Assembly (NCBI GenBank): GCA_002189035.1
Contig: NEEC01000012.1
Location: 62,001-126,000, forward strand
From: Utricularia gibba
Taxonomy: Eukaryota; Plantae; Magnoliophyta
Length of the DNA stretch: 64,000 nucleotides
Reading direction: 5' to 3'
Positions 22,685 to 35,500 of the stretch are shown piece by piece. The notes under the pieces are model-generated. The model was not told the DNA's origin. It did no database searches and saw only the letters and a program-made list of their open reading frames with translations. The stretch's first letter is position 1. Each line of letters begins with the position of its first letter. A program made the translations under genes and the position numbers.

Positions 22685-23007
22685 CTGGGAAATTGCTCGG
22701 GCAGACAAACTATCCATGGCCCTATAATTCTTTTTCTGTTGTAGCTGAAATTTGGCGGGGATGAGTTATGTATAGGATCTGCTTGACTGTACTCTGCTTA
22801 AAAATGCACTAAATTAGACAATGCCATCTACAGTGGACCTAATTTATACAGAAAAATTACATACGCTCGAACATCTGGGTGCTCTTGCAATCAGAAGAAT
22901 CTGATAACACAGAAAATTCTGAGAGTAACAATTAAAGCGTTACATCGGCAAGGATCCATAATCGAGAAGAGGGAAACTATGGCCAGTGTTAAAGGGTCAG
23001 CAGAATA

Positions 23008-24400
23008 CTAATCTCCAGTTGAGTTTGGTTTCATGACGAGGACACGCCAGGAGACGTGTTGTTCCCAGACCAACTTAAATCTAACTGCAGTCGAAAAACG
23101 GTGTCGTCCCGGCAAATATCCTGTGCAGCAATGGATTATATAGGGGTGAGAGTTGAGTTTCCTATCAAGTTTTAAGCAATGTGTACATGAAAGAGAAACC
23201 TGTGTGGAGTTTAGATGGTTAAGCATTCCGTATTGGATCTGTGTTGGGGGAACGAACTGGGGGATGATTCCGGAGCTAGTGGTGTTGGCCATAGAGGTCA
23301 TGCAGTTTGGTGCAGTTGAGGAGTCGGCAACATTGGACTCTGGTAATCTCTGCACAAAAACGTTGTCGTCCCTTGTGTGTGGTTCTTGAACGGCCGAAGA
23401 GGATAGCATGGATTGCGGTGTGCCCAGTGAGTGTGCAGGATGCAAACTTAATCCATTTCTCACGGTCAAAATCTGCAACAAGTCCATGGTATTGACAAGT
23501 TTCAAAATGGAACAATTTCAATGAAATCTCCTTGTAAAAGCAGGTGCAGAACACACTCGTAGATGTAATTGAGCATGATTAAAGATAATTCATAAGGTAT
23601 TGGCGATGCTGAAATTAAGTGCGTTAAAACGCAAGTTGAAAGTGGCCTCATCCTCTGACGCAAACAAGGGAGAAGAGGAAAAGCACAGGTAAAAACCTGA
23701 ACTTGCCGTTGAAGCTGCTTAAGATATTCAATGGCTTCATCCAACATGGATGCTTTATCAGTCTACGAACAGAAAAGAAACTAGTTCAATTCATTGCAAA
23801 CTACTAAAGCACAGCATGAGAGCAATAGCCCCATATATTTACTTTGTTGGAGTTTGGAATCAGAGTCTGAAGTGCTTTCAGCTTTTCGTTGATCCGACTT
23901 CGTCTCCTCTGTTTACATATGTTCAAGGATTAGGAAGAATCATCAAGACGCAAAACCGCACAGGAAGATTTGTTGTAAAAAAAGATGAAACCTTCTCAGA
24001 CAAATTATGAACCTCTGCAGCTCTAGTTCTTTTAGAGGAGCGAAGGGGAGCAGAGCATGGAACAGCAGCATCAAAAGAATCAGATCCCTGCAAGAACCAA
24101 ACAGTGGAATTACGAGGAAAATCATGAAAATAAACATGGATATATGCACACCTCCGGTGAGGAACCTAACACGTGTTTCATAGAATTCATCCTCTCAGAA
24201 TCTCCGGTGAAAAAACTGTTGGGACCGGGGAAATTGATGCTAGAGGAAGAAGACTCTGCTTTAATCCCTCCAGAGATAAACACACTAGATGCAGCGGTAT
24301 TTCCATCGTGATTATTCGGTGAAGAAGACGAATTCTGAAGAAGAATTTGAAGAAAAGAGGACATGTCCCCAGATTCATTGTTTCCATAAAGATCCCACAT
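23008..24400 (-). CDS. SPATULA/ALCATRAZ-like bHLH transcription factor
   Basis: Exons 24400-24152, 24087-23992 (SKRTRAAEVHNLSEK), 23908-23843 (RRRSRINEKLKALQTLIPNSNK), 23762-23697 (TDKASMLDEAIEYLKQLQRQVQ), last exon(s) from 23472 (ILTVRNGLSLHP); 3' end uncertain. Confidence 0.88.
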
Positions 24401-25279
24401 GTCAAACACCAAAACACGATCAAAGAACGCGGAAAGGTTCAAACCCACAAGCCTAGAAAACCCAGATTACCTCTCAAATCGACATTTCAAAAACTGTTTA
24501 CTTTTTTCCTCCGGAAAACACGAAAATCAATCAACAACACAAAGCATTTGGATAAATCTGGCTCATTCACATTTCGATCTTTTGAAAACCAATTTCGAAG
24601 TGTTTCTAGTTCGCCATCGATTGTTCTAGTAAGTGGAGCATCTCTGAGAGTTAGTTCCCTTCCTCAACGTCGCCCTTTTCAGGAAAAAGCTCAACTGAAA
24701 TCAGGTGATTCTTGACGGATGCGCCTCCCGCCTTAATCAGCAGCCTAATCTCTTTTTATTTACATTAAAGCCGCCCCATCTCATTAATCCCCTGAAAATC
24801 GTATTTTTTAAAAAAACTTTTCGTCCCTGCAAATTTCAAATGGACTCGAAACATATTGTGATTAGGTGGTGCACATCGTGAAGTAGGAACACTGGCCTTT
24901 AAAATTAAGTGATATTGCTACCAACATGATTAAGAATCTAAAAAAACATATCCAAATGTATAAAATATGTCAGTACCATGAGAAATTGATAAGTACTCTA
25001 ATGTGTCCATTTAATCCACACATCCATCCTATATTTTTGATCCATCTAGAATTGATATCACGGGATCATTTATCTTATTTTCAAGATAGGCAGCAATTTG
25101 ACATCGTTGCGATCTAATACTTCATCAAGTCGACGATGACCCACAACAATAAGTTTCGTAATCTTCTTGATTAGTAGAATGATAATTTCATTATGTGTTG
25201 ATAATGATTACTTATATTGACTCTACTAATAATTATTTTAGTAGAAAATAATTATTGCAAATGTATATGTATGCCCATT

Positions 25280-26700
25280 ATGCAATCTGTGTTTCAAAAG
25301 TTAAAAAAAAAATTGGAAAAACATACGACAATATTGAATTTGTGTGTTCATATTATGACTTAACCTATAAGGAATGGTATTCTATAGTTAAAAGAAATTT
25401 GTTAAGATTAATTGATAAAGGAATATAAGTTTGTGAAACTATACCAAGATCAAAACATATTATAGTATTTGACTTGGAAAATAAATCACGTGAAAGAAGA
25501 CTATAAAATAAACGAAAAATTGTCAGTTCATTGTAATCAAAATGTGATAGCTCATTTATGGATATGAACTTTGTAGAATAATTTTATTAAAAAGGAAAAA
25601 ATGATGTTTGATACTATTTACAATAAAAGAGTTCCATAAGAATTATATTAGCAAATTGAAAGAATGTTTATTATTTGGTACTTCTTTCATACTTACTAAC
25701 AATCCTCATACTAAGAAGTCATATAAAATTAGTATATGAATTGAACATTGCAATTTTATACTTTACTTGTTTAAATGCTTTCAATTTAATAATATATGTT
25801 TAATTTCTACTAAAATTTTGTGCAATTTATAGTTTACAAGACTCCATTATATAGTTCTGTGTAGAATACTTTTTATTAATTTCTTGAACATAAATCAATC
25901 AGAAGCATTTTTTTTCTTAAAGCTACGAATTGCAAAAGAAATTGTTTAATAATTCAACATAGTTTTCTAGGGATGCTTCATTTTTTTTATGTTCTCTATA
26001 AATTGAGACCATCAGTACTAAATATTTATGAATTATTTATATAGGTTTTCTGAATTCTATTTTTTTTTATCATACATTAAGATCATTAGTACTAAATATC
26101 TATGAATTATTTATGTAGGTTTTCTGGATTACATTTGTTGTGTACAAATTAAATTTGATATTAAAAGATATATTCTCTCAAAAGAAGTAAGCTATGTGAG
26201 TGTTATATTTTTTGTATTACTTTAATAGTTATGGTGAAAAAGACTATTTATATGTATGAAAAAATTTCAGAATATATAAAGCATTGAATTCTACTTGCAA
26301 GAAGACAACATGATTTGACTCATTTACATGTTATGCCTCATACTTTGAATCCAAGATGAATACAATTTATTCCTTTATACTTACATTAAAATGTCATTAA
26401 AAACACTCAAATAATGTTCCACTTGATGTTGATAGTGAACTTTTATATTTGAGAAAGAAATTGATAGAATTTTGCTTCTATAATAAAGATGATCGAACAA
26501 TTATGATGATAATAATTTCAGTGTATATAGAAATATTGGATGCATTTGAATATCGAATTAATATACTTTGTAGTTCTAAAATGGAGTCATTAGATTGGTG
26601 GCTATAACGCCTCATTTTCAAACTTTTGCTAAAAAGCTTATTAGATAGGTCTATTCATCTTTAAATTATGAAATAAATTGAAGAACATATGTTTTTATAC
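25280..26700 (+). mobile_element. Heavily decayed DNA-transposon (probably hAT) transposase relic
   Basis: Very AT-rich with stop-riddled traces resembling the CxHxLNL and TRWNSTY motifs near 25340-25580; no termini found. Confidence 0.3.
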
Positions 26701-29700
26701 ATTCTCTTAAAAAAAAAAGTTTCTTTAGCTTATGAGCATGTAGAATTTTCATGTGTTTTCACGAACTTCTTCTGATTATCTTATAAATTTATAAATAATA
26801 TTTTTGTAATATAAATTCTTTATAAGATATGATTGCTAAGAAATTAGGATATTTAAATCATTTATTTATAAAATTATTTCTCATTTATTTCACTTCAAAA
26901 AAGTGAATCTATTCTATAATAGTAATTCTTAAAAAAAAAAAACATTTAGAAACAGTTTCATTTTACAAAAAGTTTTCATTCTATTAGAATTATTTTTGTA
27001 AAGTGGTTTTAAATGGCGCAGAATTGAGCTCTAGGCCCGAGATACTGAAAATGCTTTGGGGTAGGCCCACAAGGGCGATGACGAGCAAGATACCTCATAT
27101 GGGCGTATTGGGCCCCCGTTCACGCATCTCGAAAAGAAGCATAAGACTTGATTGTTATTCATTAATTTTGTGGACCCAAAACCTGAAGTTCTTGAGCCAA
27201 TTCGCGCATTTCACTCACCCCTTTGTATGTTTTCATTCTAAAAGAAATAAAAACACGTACGACAATATACTTACTCATCAGGTTTTCATTCATTCACATA
27301 TTAGCCTCCAAGTAAGGGCGGCATATGTTTTGTTTTGTTTTTTTTTTTTTTTTTTGTGTGTTTGAAGATGATGCTATACAATACGAAACTGAAAACAGGA
27401 ACTAGAGGAGTCTGTCTTATGGGGACCGAGCCCATTGATTGATGACATTTAGTGAGGGTGTGGACTCGGGAGCCCCCACCGGCATTCAAGAAGCCAGCCA
27501 GCCAGCCGTATGCTTCCTCTTCCTTTGTGGTATGGCGAGGTACATGAGAAAGCTAAGCTACATGTATGGTGTGGTATGGTATGGTATGATGAGACTTGCC
27601 AGTTTCCAGTTTCCCAAATCCATCCATGGGGTATCTGAAGGGAGTGGTCCCGATTCATGATTCTGGAAAATAGATGCTTGGAGTGTGTTGAATGAAATGG
27701 AAGCGCATGTGGCAAGTGGAAAAGCCCTCAACTATTATATTCTATCAATTAATTAAACGTAACTCAATGATAACCACCCAACACTGCTTTTCAACCTCAT
27801 CACATGACATGTCCTTCCTCCGCCTTCTTCAACACCACACCGCATTCCAATTCCGCATTCAAACTCCTGCTATTTCCTACAAATATTATTATTATTATTA
27901 TTATTATTTTGATAACTATGTTTTAAATTGAAGATGTAAAGACATGACAAGGGATAGAGCTTCCCTCCTACTAACGTGTGCCATGTTAAAGAGGAGGACA
28001 GGACCACACCCACGTGAAATTTCAACTATATGGTTCATTTTAATTAATAATAACCACTCGAAAAAAAAAGCCAAGAGTGGTTGTGGCATAATTTGGTGCG
28101 CAACAAAGTCATATAGAATTTGGGGATCGATAGGCCGGTTGCCTGCTTACTCGAAACCATTCACAAAACGAGGGATTCACGATCGCAAATATTTGCTAAA
28201 AAAAAAAAAGAGGAAAACTGCAAAGTTTGCACGTGATGATTATTGAAACGATGATGGATCTTGTTGTCTAAGTCGTAAGCAACCCCACCCATTGAAGTCC
28301 CATCTGGTGACTTTACCTCGCATCTAACAGCAGGAATTAGAAGAAGTTGGTGGAGGGGAAAAAGAATGCAAAAGGTGGCATGTGATCCAAAGCAAGAAAA
28401 AGGGGGGGTTGTGCTGTGCTGCGATTGAGAAGTCGGAGTGGGGTGTACTTTATTCTTCAAGTGCTTGTCAAGTATGCGAAATGGAACCCCACTTTAGCAA
28501 CACCATGATGAAATGGAACTCACACTGTCACATGAATGGTATGGGTTTGTGCGTTCGGGGTAAGGATGGCGACTTGGTTTTTTTTTTTTTTTTTTTTTTT
28601 TCCTGTAGCGTGATGCCCGGAAAACAACAAAATCCATGACATGCGGTGGAGTTGGTTGCCATCTTGACGCTCAAGTCTGAAGGAATATGTCCTCTGAAAC
28701 AGGAGTTGTTTTAGGTTGGAGCGTGATTTGGAAGATAGCATCATGTCGTGGGCTCGCTGGTTAGGTTACGAGGCTATCTATCTATCTATGCGCATAGTAG
28801 GGTTGGCTCTCCCTACCTGGACATGGACGCGGTGGAGGCTCGTTTAAACGCAGAATGTGTGGCCTGGATGGATCATGATCATGTGTGTGCTAATTAATTA
28901 AAAACGCAATCGTCGGAGCATCCCGGGGCTGTCAACAACAAAAGGTCTGGTCAGGTATGTGTGTGAGTGCAAGAAGAAAACAAGAGCCTAAATCCCTATG
29001 CCATGCTTCTCTAACATCCAAGGAGGCACAGCACAGCCCCTGTCCAGACTTGTCATGTGTAATTTAACATTTTGGCGTTTTTACGCTTAGCATCATCTAG
29101 TACCTATTTTTCCTTTTAGGATGGAGTTACCATCGTCGTCATGATGGTTTCTTTTTAATATTCGGACAACTGGAATTCTCTTTAGCAGCATTTTAAGTGG
29201 AATTCTTGAGAAGCGCGCATATTCCAGATGGGAAATATTAGAATTTTCAACATCTACTGCAAAACCCTAATCTAGGAACAAATCAAACATGAATCCAACA
29301 GCATCATGCTACCATTCCTGTCGAGGTTTTTTTAAAAGAAATAAAACCGCATGGTCCATGCGCAGAGATTTAAATGGTCGGTGGTTCCTGCGTTCCTGGT
29401 ATCCCTGTCATCTGTTTAGCTTCGATCGCACACCTACTAGGACTGGGACTAGGACTAGGAGCGAGTGCCCTGCCCTGCCCCATGTTGCGTCGGTTGGGGT
29501 TGGGTGCCTTGATTGTAAAACAAGTGAGCGCCCGCTGCTGGTGCTGGTCGTTGAAACGCCATTCATTCCCATCATCAACTTTTGGTTTCTTCCCTTGGAA
29601 CCAACCACTGCCGCTGCATCCAACACATACAGGCTCCACCCCAATTAACCATCTTTAGGAGGAAGGATGCAGTTGTCCCCAACCGCAAGCATTAAGTAAA

Positions 29701-32582
29701 GTAAATGAATATCATTGCGCCCGGGACGCAAGAAAAAAGCAATAGGATTGATTCGACATTCAAAATCGTTTGTCAACATGGGTAACTTGTAACTAGTTAT
29801 GTTGAATTATTTAGGGTTTAAAATACTTGTGGTGGTGTAGGTGTACCCTGTACGGGTCCGTCGGGTACTTTGGATTTATTCGTAATTTTTGTATTAAAAG
29901 AAAAAAAAAAGGTAACTACTTCCACCGCAGACTTGGGACGCAACGGAAGATTCCATTTCATTTCCACAGGAAGGAAGGAATAATCAGTGTATTTTTTTTT
30001 TTTTTGGACTGTGAGGGTGTGTAGGGTGGCGGGTGGGTCCCAGGCCATGTGAGGTAGGAGACCACCGAGCTGGCAGCTTTGCCCGACCCGACCGTGTGCG
30101 ACTTTCCCCCTCCGTCTCCATTTCTTTTATCCCTTAATTGAGAAATAATAAAATAAAAAAAAAAGTAGAAATTTGTAGATGGTGTCATGTATGCCTCTCG
30201 AGTCGCATCATCATCCATTCATTTAAAATGCATCCTTCCATTCCATTCCATTCTATTCCATATGGAGGATGAGCATCTATCTGGTTAGGTTAGGGACAAA
30301 AGAGTCCTTGGAACACAAAGAAAGATGATCGGAAGAATATTTTTGTCCCCGCCCACGCACCCGAACAAAAGGCTACTGCGTTTGCAGTTATTTTTGCCCA
30401 TTCACATGTCTTGAGGATGAGGGGCCCAACCACACAACTCAACTCTTCTTTTTTCACCCACTATACACCAAAAACTTGCATTTTTTTTCCCAAAAAATAA
30501 CAACACAAGATTTCGTCCCCTATTCACGTGTGGATGAGGGGCAAATCAGCGAATTCCTTCTCTCTCTGTGTGTGCTTTTTTAATTATTAGAGATGGTGGT
30601 TTTGCATAAATCAACTTATCTTCCTCCGTACATATTTATATGTATGTGTGAGACTAGTGGTGTGATCTGTTCAATACCGAATTGAATTGGAATCATGGTT
30701 TTTTAGTTTTCAAGATAATGAAATGTCTCAAAAATAGAACGGTACGAAAAGTCAAAATCTTGAACCGAAATTGGAATTGGAACCATGGTTTCTGTTTGAA
30801 TCAATCACAACTCTATGTGAGAATGTGGATTTATGTTTGGTTTACTCGAATTATGTAGGTAAAATTAACTCGAAAATAATTAAATTATTTTCCAAAGCGA
30901 AGCAGCCCGCCCATAAAACACACGGTTTCTCCAAACGTGATTTGATATTACGTGAGTCTTTTTTAATTAAACGAGTTTTAGCTTTTTTAATTATAGTCCC
31001 AATATGACTGAGTGATTACGTGCGTGGCCGTCTTAGGAAGGGTGGAGTCGTATGCATGCATGTATATCCATCCATCGCTATTGAATGTAGCATTTGACTT
31101 GGGCGTATGTCAATGTAGGCACTGAGATTATTTTAACCACGCACACCATTAATTCTCAATAATGACACGTGTGCACCTACCCCACACACACACACATACA
31201 CATACACACAGAGACGGTACAAATAATTTTTACAACTGTCCCTCCCTCCCAGGGATGGACGGCATTGGCGTCCTACCCCTACACCCCCCTATAAAAGTAA
31301 AACTGTCATTTTCGAGCTGCCCTAACAACTGTCGGGCAGAAGACCAAGACCGTTGCGTTGCGTTGCGTTGCGTCGGATCCTCCTGCTCCCCTTCCCACTG
31401 CCAAAGAATCCATCCATCCATCCATCCCTGTTTAAACTATAATGAAGGTGGCGCATGGCGGAGATAAAATACATTTATTTTTGCGTAGGAACAAAAGAGG
31501 AGCTACACACATACATGGGCCTGGCCTCGCTCCAGCCCTTCCTTGTATGCAATGCAATGGGATGCGTTCTCGTACTGTTGTCCCATTAGGTGGGGGCGGG
31601 ACCCACCAAACTTAATACACCCCGCGTTAAAAATACGGATCGGTAATTCTTTCTTTTTCTGCTCTTGGATTTGATACCATGCGAGGGGCGGGGCGGGGCT
31701 GATTGAATGACTGAATGCATGCAGATCAGTTCAGCTCATGAGATGAGATGGAGCAACTGGATCCTGCTTCATCTGTATTACACATACAATCTTGGCTTGA
31801 TTAGATAAATAGGTTGTGTTCATAATTAAAGTTGGTTTTGATAAACAAGTTTTAATTTGGATGAATTACTCATGCTGGAGTAGTGAACACACAACTTGTC
31901 ATTTGATGGGGGATTTTTGCGTCTATTGAATTAGAAGAGGAAAGCAGCGGAAAAATCCGATTATGGGCAGGGCAGTTGCATCAAGTATTAACTGACAAAA
32001 GAAGAAAGGGAAAGCATTCGGTTGTATTATTGATTGGGAATCTGAGATTTGTTCGTTGCCTCAACAATACGTAGCAAATAATTGCAATCCCTCCCCTCCC
32101 AAAAGAGAGAGAGAGAGAGAGAGGGAGAGAGGTGGTTGTGCGACTGCGCTCCTGCTGACGGATTTCACCTTCACCGCCATTAAAATCACAGAGAAAGAGA
32201 AGAGCTGAGCTGAGCTTTCTCCTTGCGTTCCTCAACTACCTCTTCCTAATTGCCACTCTCTCGCTCTATGGACTTTTGGTAGAGAGGAGTAATGGGCAAT
32301 CTAGCTGGCTGTCTTCTTCACTTCTCTCTCTACTGGCATCATCGTTTTTCAGGCTAAACTAAAGGGAAGAACAAAAAACACACACCCACATTCTCTCTCT
32401 CTCTCTCATTCTCCTCCTGTTGTTGGTTGTGTTCCATTTCACTCTTGGGGCCGTTGGGCATTTCTCTACCTCTCTTCCTTGACGCATTTCACGCATTGGG
32501 TTCAGCTATTTTTCCCCTCCCTTGGTGGCTTTTGCAATTCTGAGCTCTGATTGTTGGTAAAAATCAAAGCTCAGTGGAGACT

Positions 32583-35500
32583 ATGGAAGCTAGTCCTTCT
32601 GGGGAGGATTGCTGTGTGAAAGTGGCTGTTCACATTAGGCCTCTGATAGGCGATGAGAAACTTCAGGGATGCAAAGATTGTGTTGCTATAGTCCCCGGGA
32701 AACCTCAGGTACAGTCGCGGTTGATAATGTGACATGGGTTTTCGGAATGGAGCCTCAATGTGGTGCCAATTGATTGGGAGAAACAAAAGCTTTTCATTTC
32801 GATTTTTTTTTCGTCAGGAATTCTCTTTGACAGATCCTGGTTTTCGTCTGGAGCTCTCTGTGACAGATCATTAGGAACAACGTCCTAGTGTATTGGTTTT
32901 GATAGCGTTGAGAAATTATGGAGTCCATGCATGCGGAAAGACTTGATTTGGGAGTTTAATGAGTAAACTAATAGCAGAAATATCCATAGCCCTTTTGATT
33001 GCATATTGTTGTGACTTTGATCAGCTTTCTGGGTTTCAAAGATATGCACTCTGATTTCGTTGAGTAATCCCTCCTTTTGATGCCCTATTTGTTTGGGCTT
33101 CAATTTTCAGCTGTAACGAATCTCTTGTTCTCTGCATTTTTCTTGTAACGATCTTATGATTGAGAATTTTGGATCTGGTTGCTTATATACAGGTTCAAAT
33201 AGGCGCCCATTCCTTCACTTTTGATCATGTATATGGAAGCACAGCTTCGCCCTCAACTACCATGTATGACGAGTGTATTAATCCTTTGGTGGATGGCTTG
33301 TTTCAAGGATATAATGCCACCGTTCTTGCCTATGGGCAGGTAGCATATCAATATTTTCTGTGAAAAAATGGGGGTTTGCAGGACAATATTATGTTTTTTT
33401 TGAAAGAAAGTTGCTCATTTGATGCAGACGGGTTCCGGTAAGACGTATACTATGGGCACCAATGTAAAGGATGGGAATCAAACTGGCCTGATTCCCAAAG
33501 TTATGAATGCTTTATTCAGCAGGATTGAAGCTCTCAAGCATGAAGTAGAGTTCCAACTGCACGTTTCCTTCATTGAGGTTCTTGATCTTTACCCTGCACT
33601 TTCATTCTTACTAGTTGTCATTTTTAGACAATGTGTTTTTCCAAGGTAAGAAAACAGGGAAACCTATCAATCTTTTTGTTATTCTTTGCTTGCCCTTTGA
33701 GGCACGCCTTGAGTTTTCAACCCCAGTCTAAGTTAGATCCTGGGTCATATTCAAAGCTGGTGATGAGATATTGATCTTTTTCTGATTGAAATGAAACCCC
33801 ACTTTGTTATGTCTAAAGTTCATACACTGTTACTAATACAGAAAATCGTGTGTTGTATTGAAGATTCACAAAGAAGAAGTCAGGGATCTGTTAGAGACCA
33901 ACTGTCCTAACAGACAAGAGATAGCAAATGGAAATGGTGCAAAAGTAACGATCCCTGGAAAACCTCCGATTCAAATTCGTGAGACCTCCGATGGGGTGAT
34001 TACACTTGCTGGTACTACAGAGTGCTGTGTAAAGACACTCAAAGAAATGGCCGATTGCTTGGAGCAGGGATCTTTAAACAGGGCAACTGGTAGCACAAAC
34101 ATGAACAACCAGTCCAGGTTGGTAACTCTGTCATCACGCGTTCTGTTCTTTTTATGGTTAATGATTTAAGTTAAGAGTGTTAAAGGTCTACCGGTATCAA
34201 TGCCAACTGATGGCAAATAACACTGCCCTTCTGTAACCATTACTTCTCAGCCGGTCTCATGCAATCTTCACAATCACAATGGAGCAGATGAGACATCTTC
34301 AACCGGTAGTTTCTAATGATTGTATGACCGAGGATTATCTCTGTGCGAAGTTTCACTTGGTGGATCTCGCTGGATCAGAACGTGCCAAGAGAACAGGATC
34401 AGATGGACTACGTTTTAAGGAAGGTACCAAAAGGCTTCTAGGGTGATGATCTTAGAGTCTAATCCTCATTACCCTGAGAAATGCTCTTTAACAGGTGTTC
34501 ACATCAACAAGGGCCTCCTCGCACTTGGGAATTGTATAAGTGCATTGGGAGATGATAAAAAACGAAAAGAAGGTGCACACGTACCTTATCGAGATAGCAA
34601 ACTTACACGTTTACTGCAGGTCCAGTATACTTGACATACTTCAAATTTTTAGTTGGCCTGGTTTCATTAGCAGAATTTTTTTTCTTTTATGATCACCATA
34701 CTGCAAGCTTTGTGGTCCAAAGCATCAGTAGATTTCTGAGCTTGTGAGTTTTCCATAGCTATAATTCATGTTAAAAGCTTTTGTGTTCATAGGATTCTCT
34801 CGGTGGAAACAGCAAAACAGTGATGATAGGTGAGAATTAATAGATCCCTTCCTGTTGAAACTCCGGGGACCTATCGTTGAATGTTGCAAATTCACTTGTC
34901 TTTCAGCATGCATTAGTCCTGCGGATATCAATGCTGAGGAAACACTTAACACACTGAAGTATGCTAATCGTGCTAGGAATATCCAGAACAAACCTATTGT
35001 AAGTTACTGGGTTACCATTTCTGTTTTGACACTCGCATTATGTGTATTTCTTTTAAATCCATCTTCCTTGGATCAGATCAACAGAGATCCGATGTCTAGT
35101 GAAATGCTGAAGATGCGGCAGCAACTGGAATATCTGCAGGCTGAGCTTTGTGCCCTTGGTGGAATTTCATTTGATGAAATACAGGTTATCCAGTTACATC
35201 CTTTTCACCGTTTTTCCTTACCATCACTATTGCAGTCTCGTATGATGTAGTCGAAATGCTTGTTGCTTTCAGAATATCGAGATCAGTTCATTTACGTGAT
35301 TTGTCTTTTAAGCTTTCTCCATTAATGTGAAGAGTGCTAATGAGGTTGGACTTGTCCAGGCTCTGAGAGATAGGATCGCTTGGCTTGAAGCTACCAATGA
35401 AGAGATGTGCCGTGAATTGAATGAATTTCGCAGCAGAGATAGAACCACCACTGAGCAATATGAACCGAGTACTTATGTACGATATTTTCTCACAAAAATT

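Noticed and set aside
29289-29658. Four overlapping 78-119 aa ORFs on both strands
   Set aside because: Produced by GC-rich hexamer repeats; no recognisable protein features.
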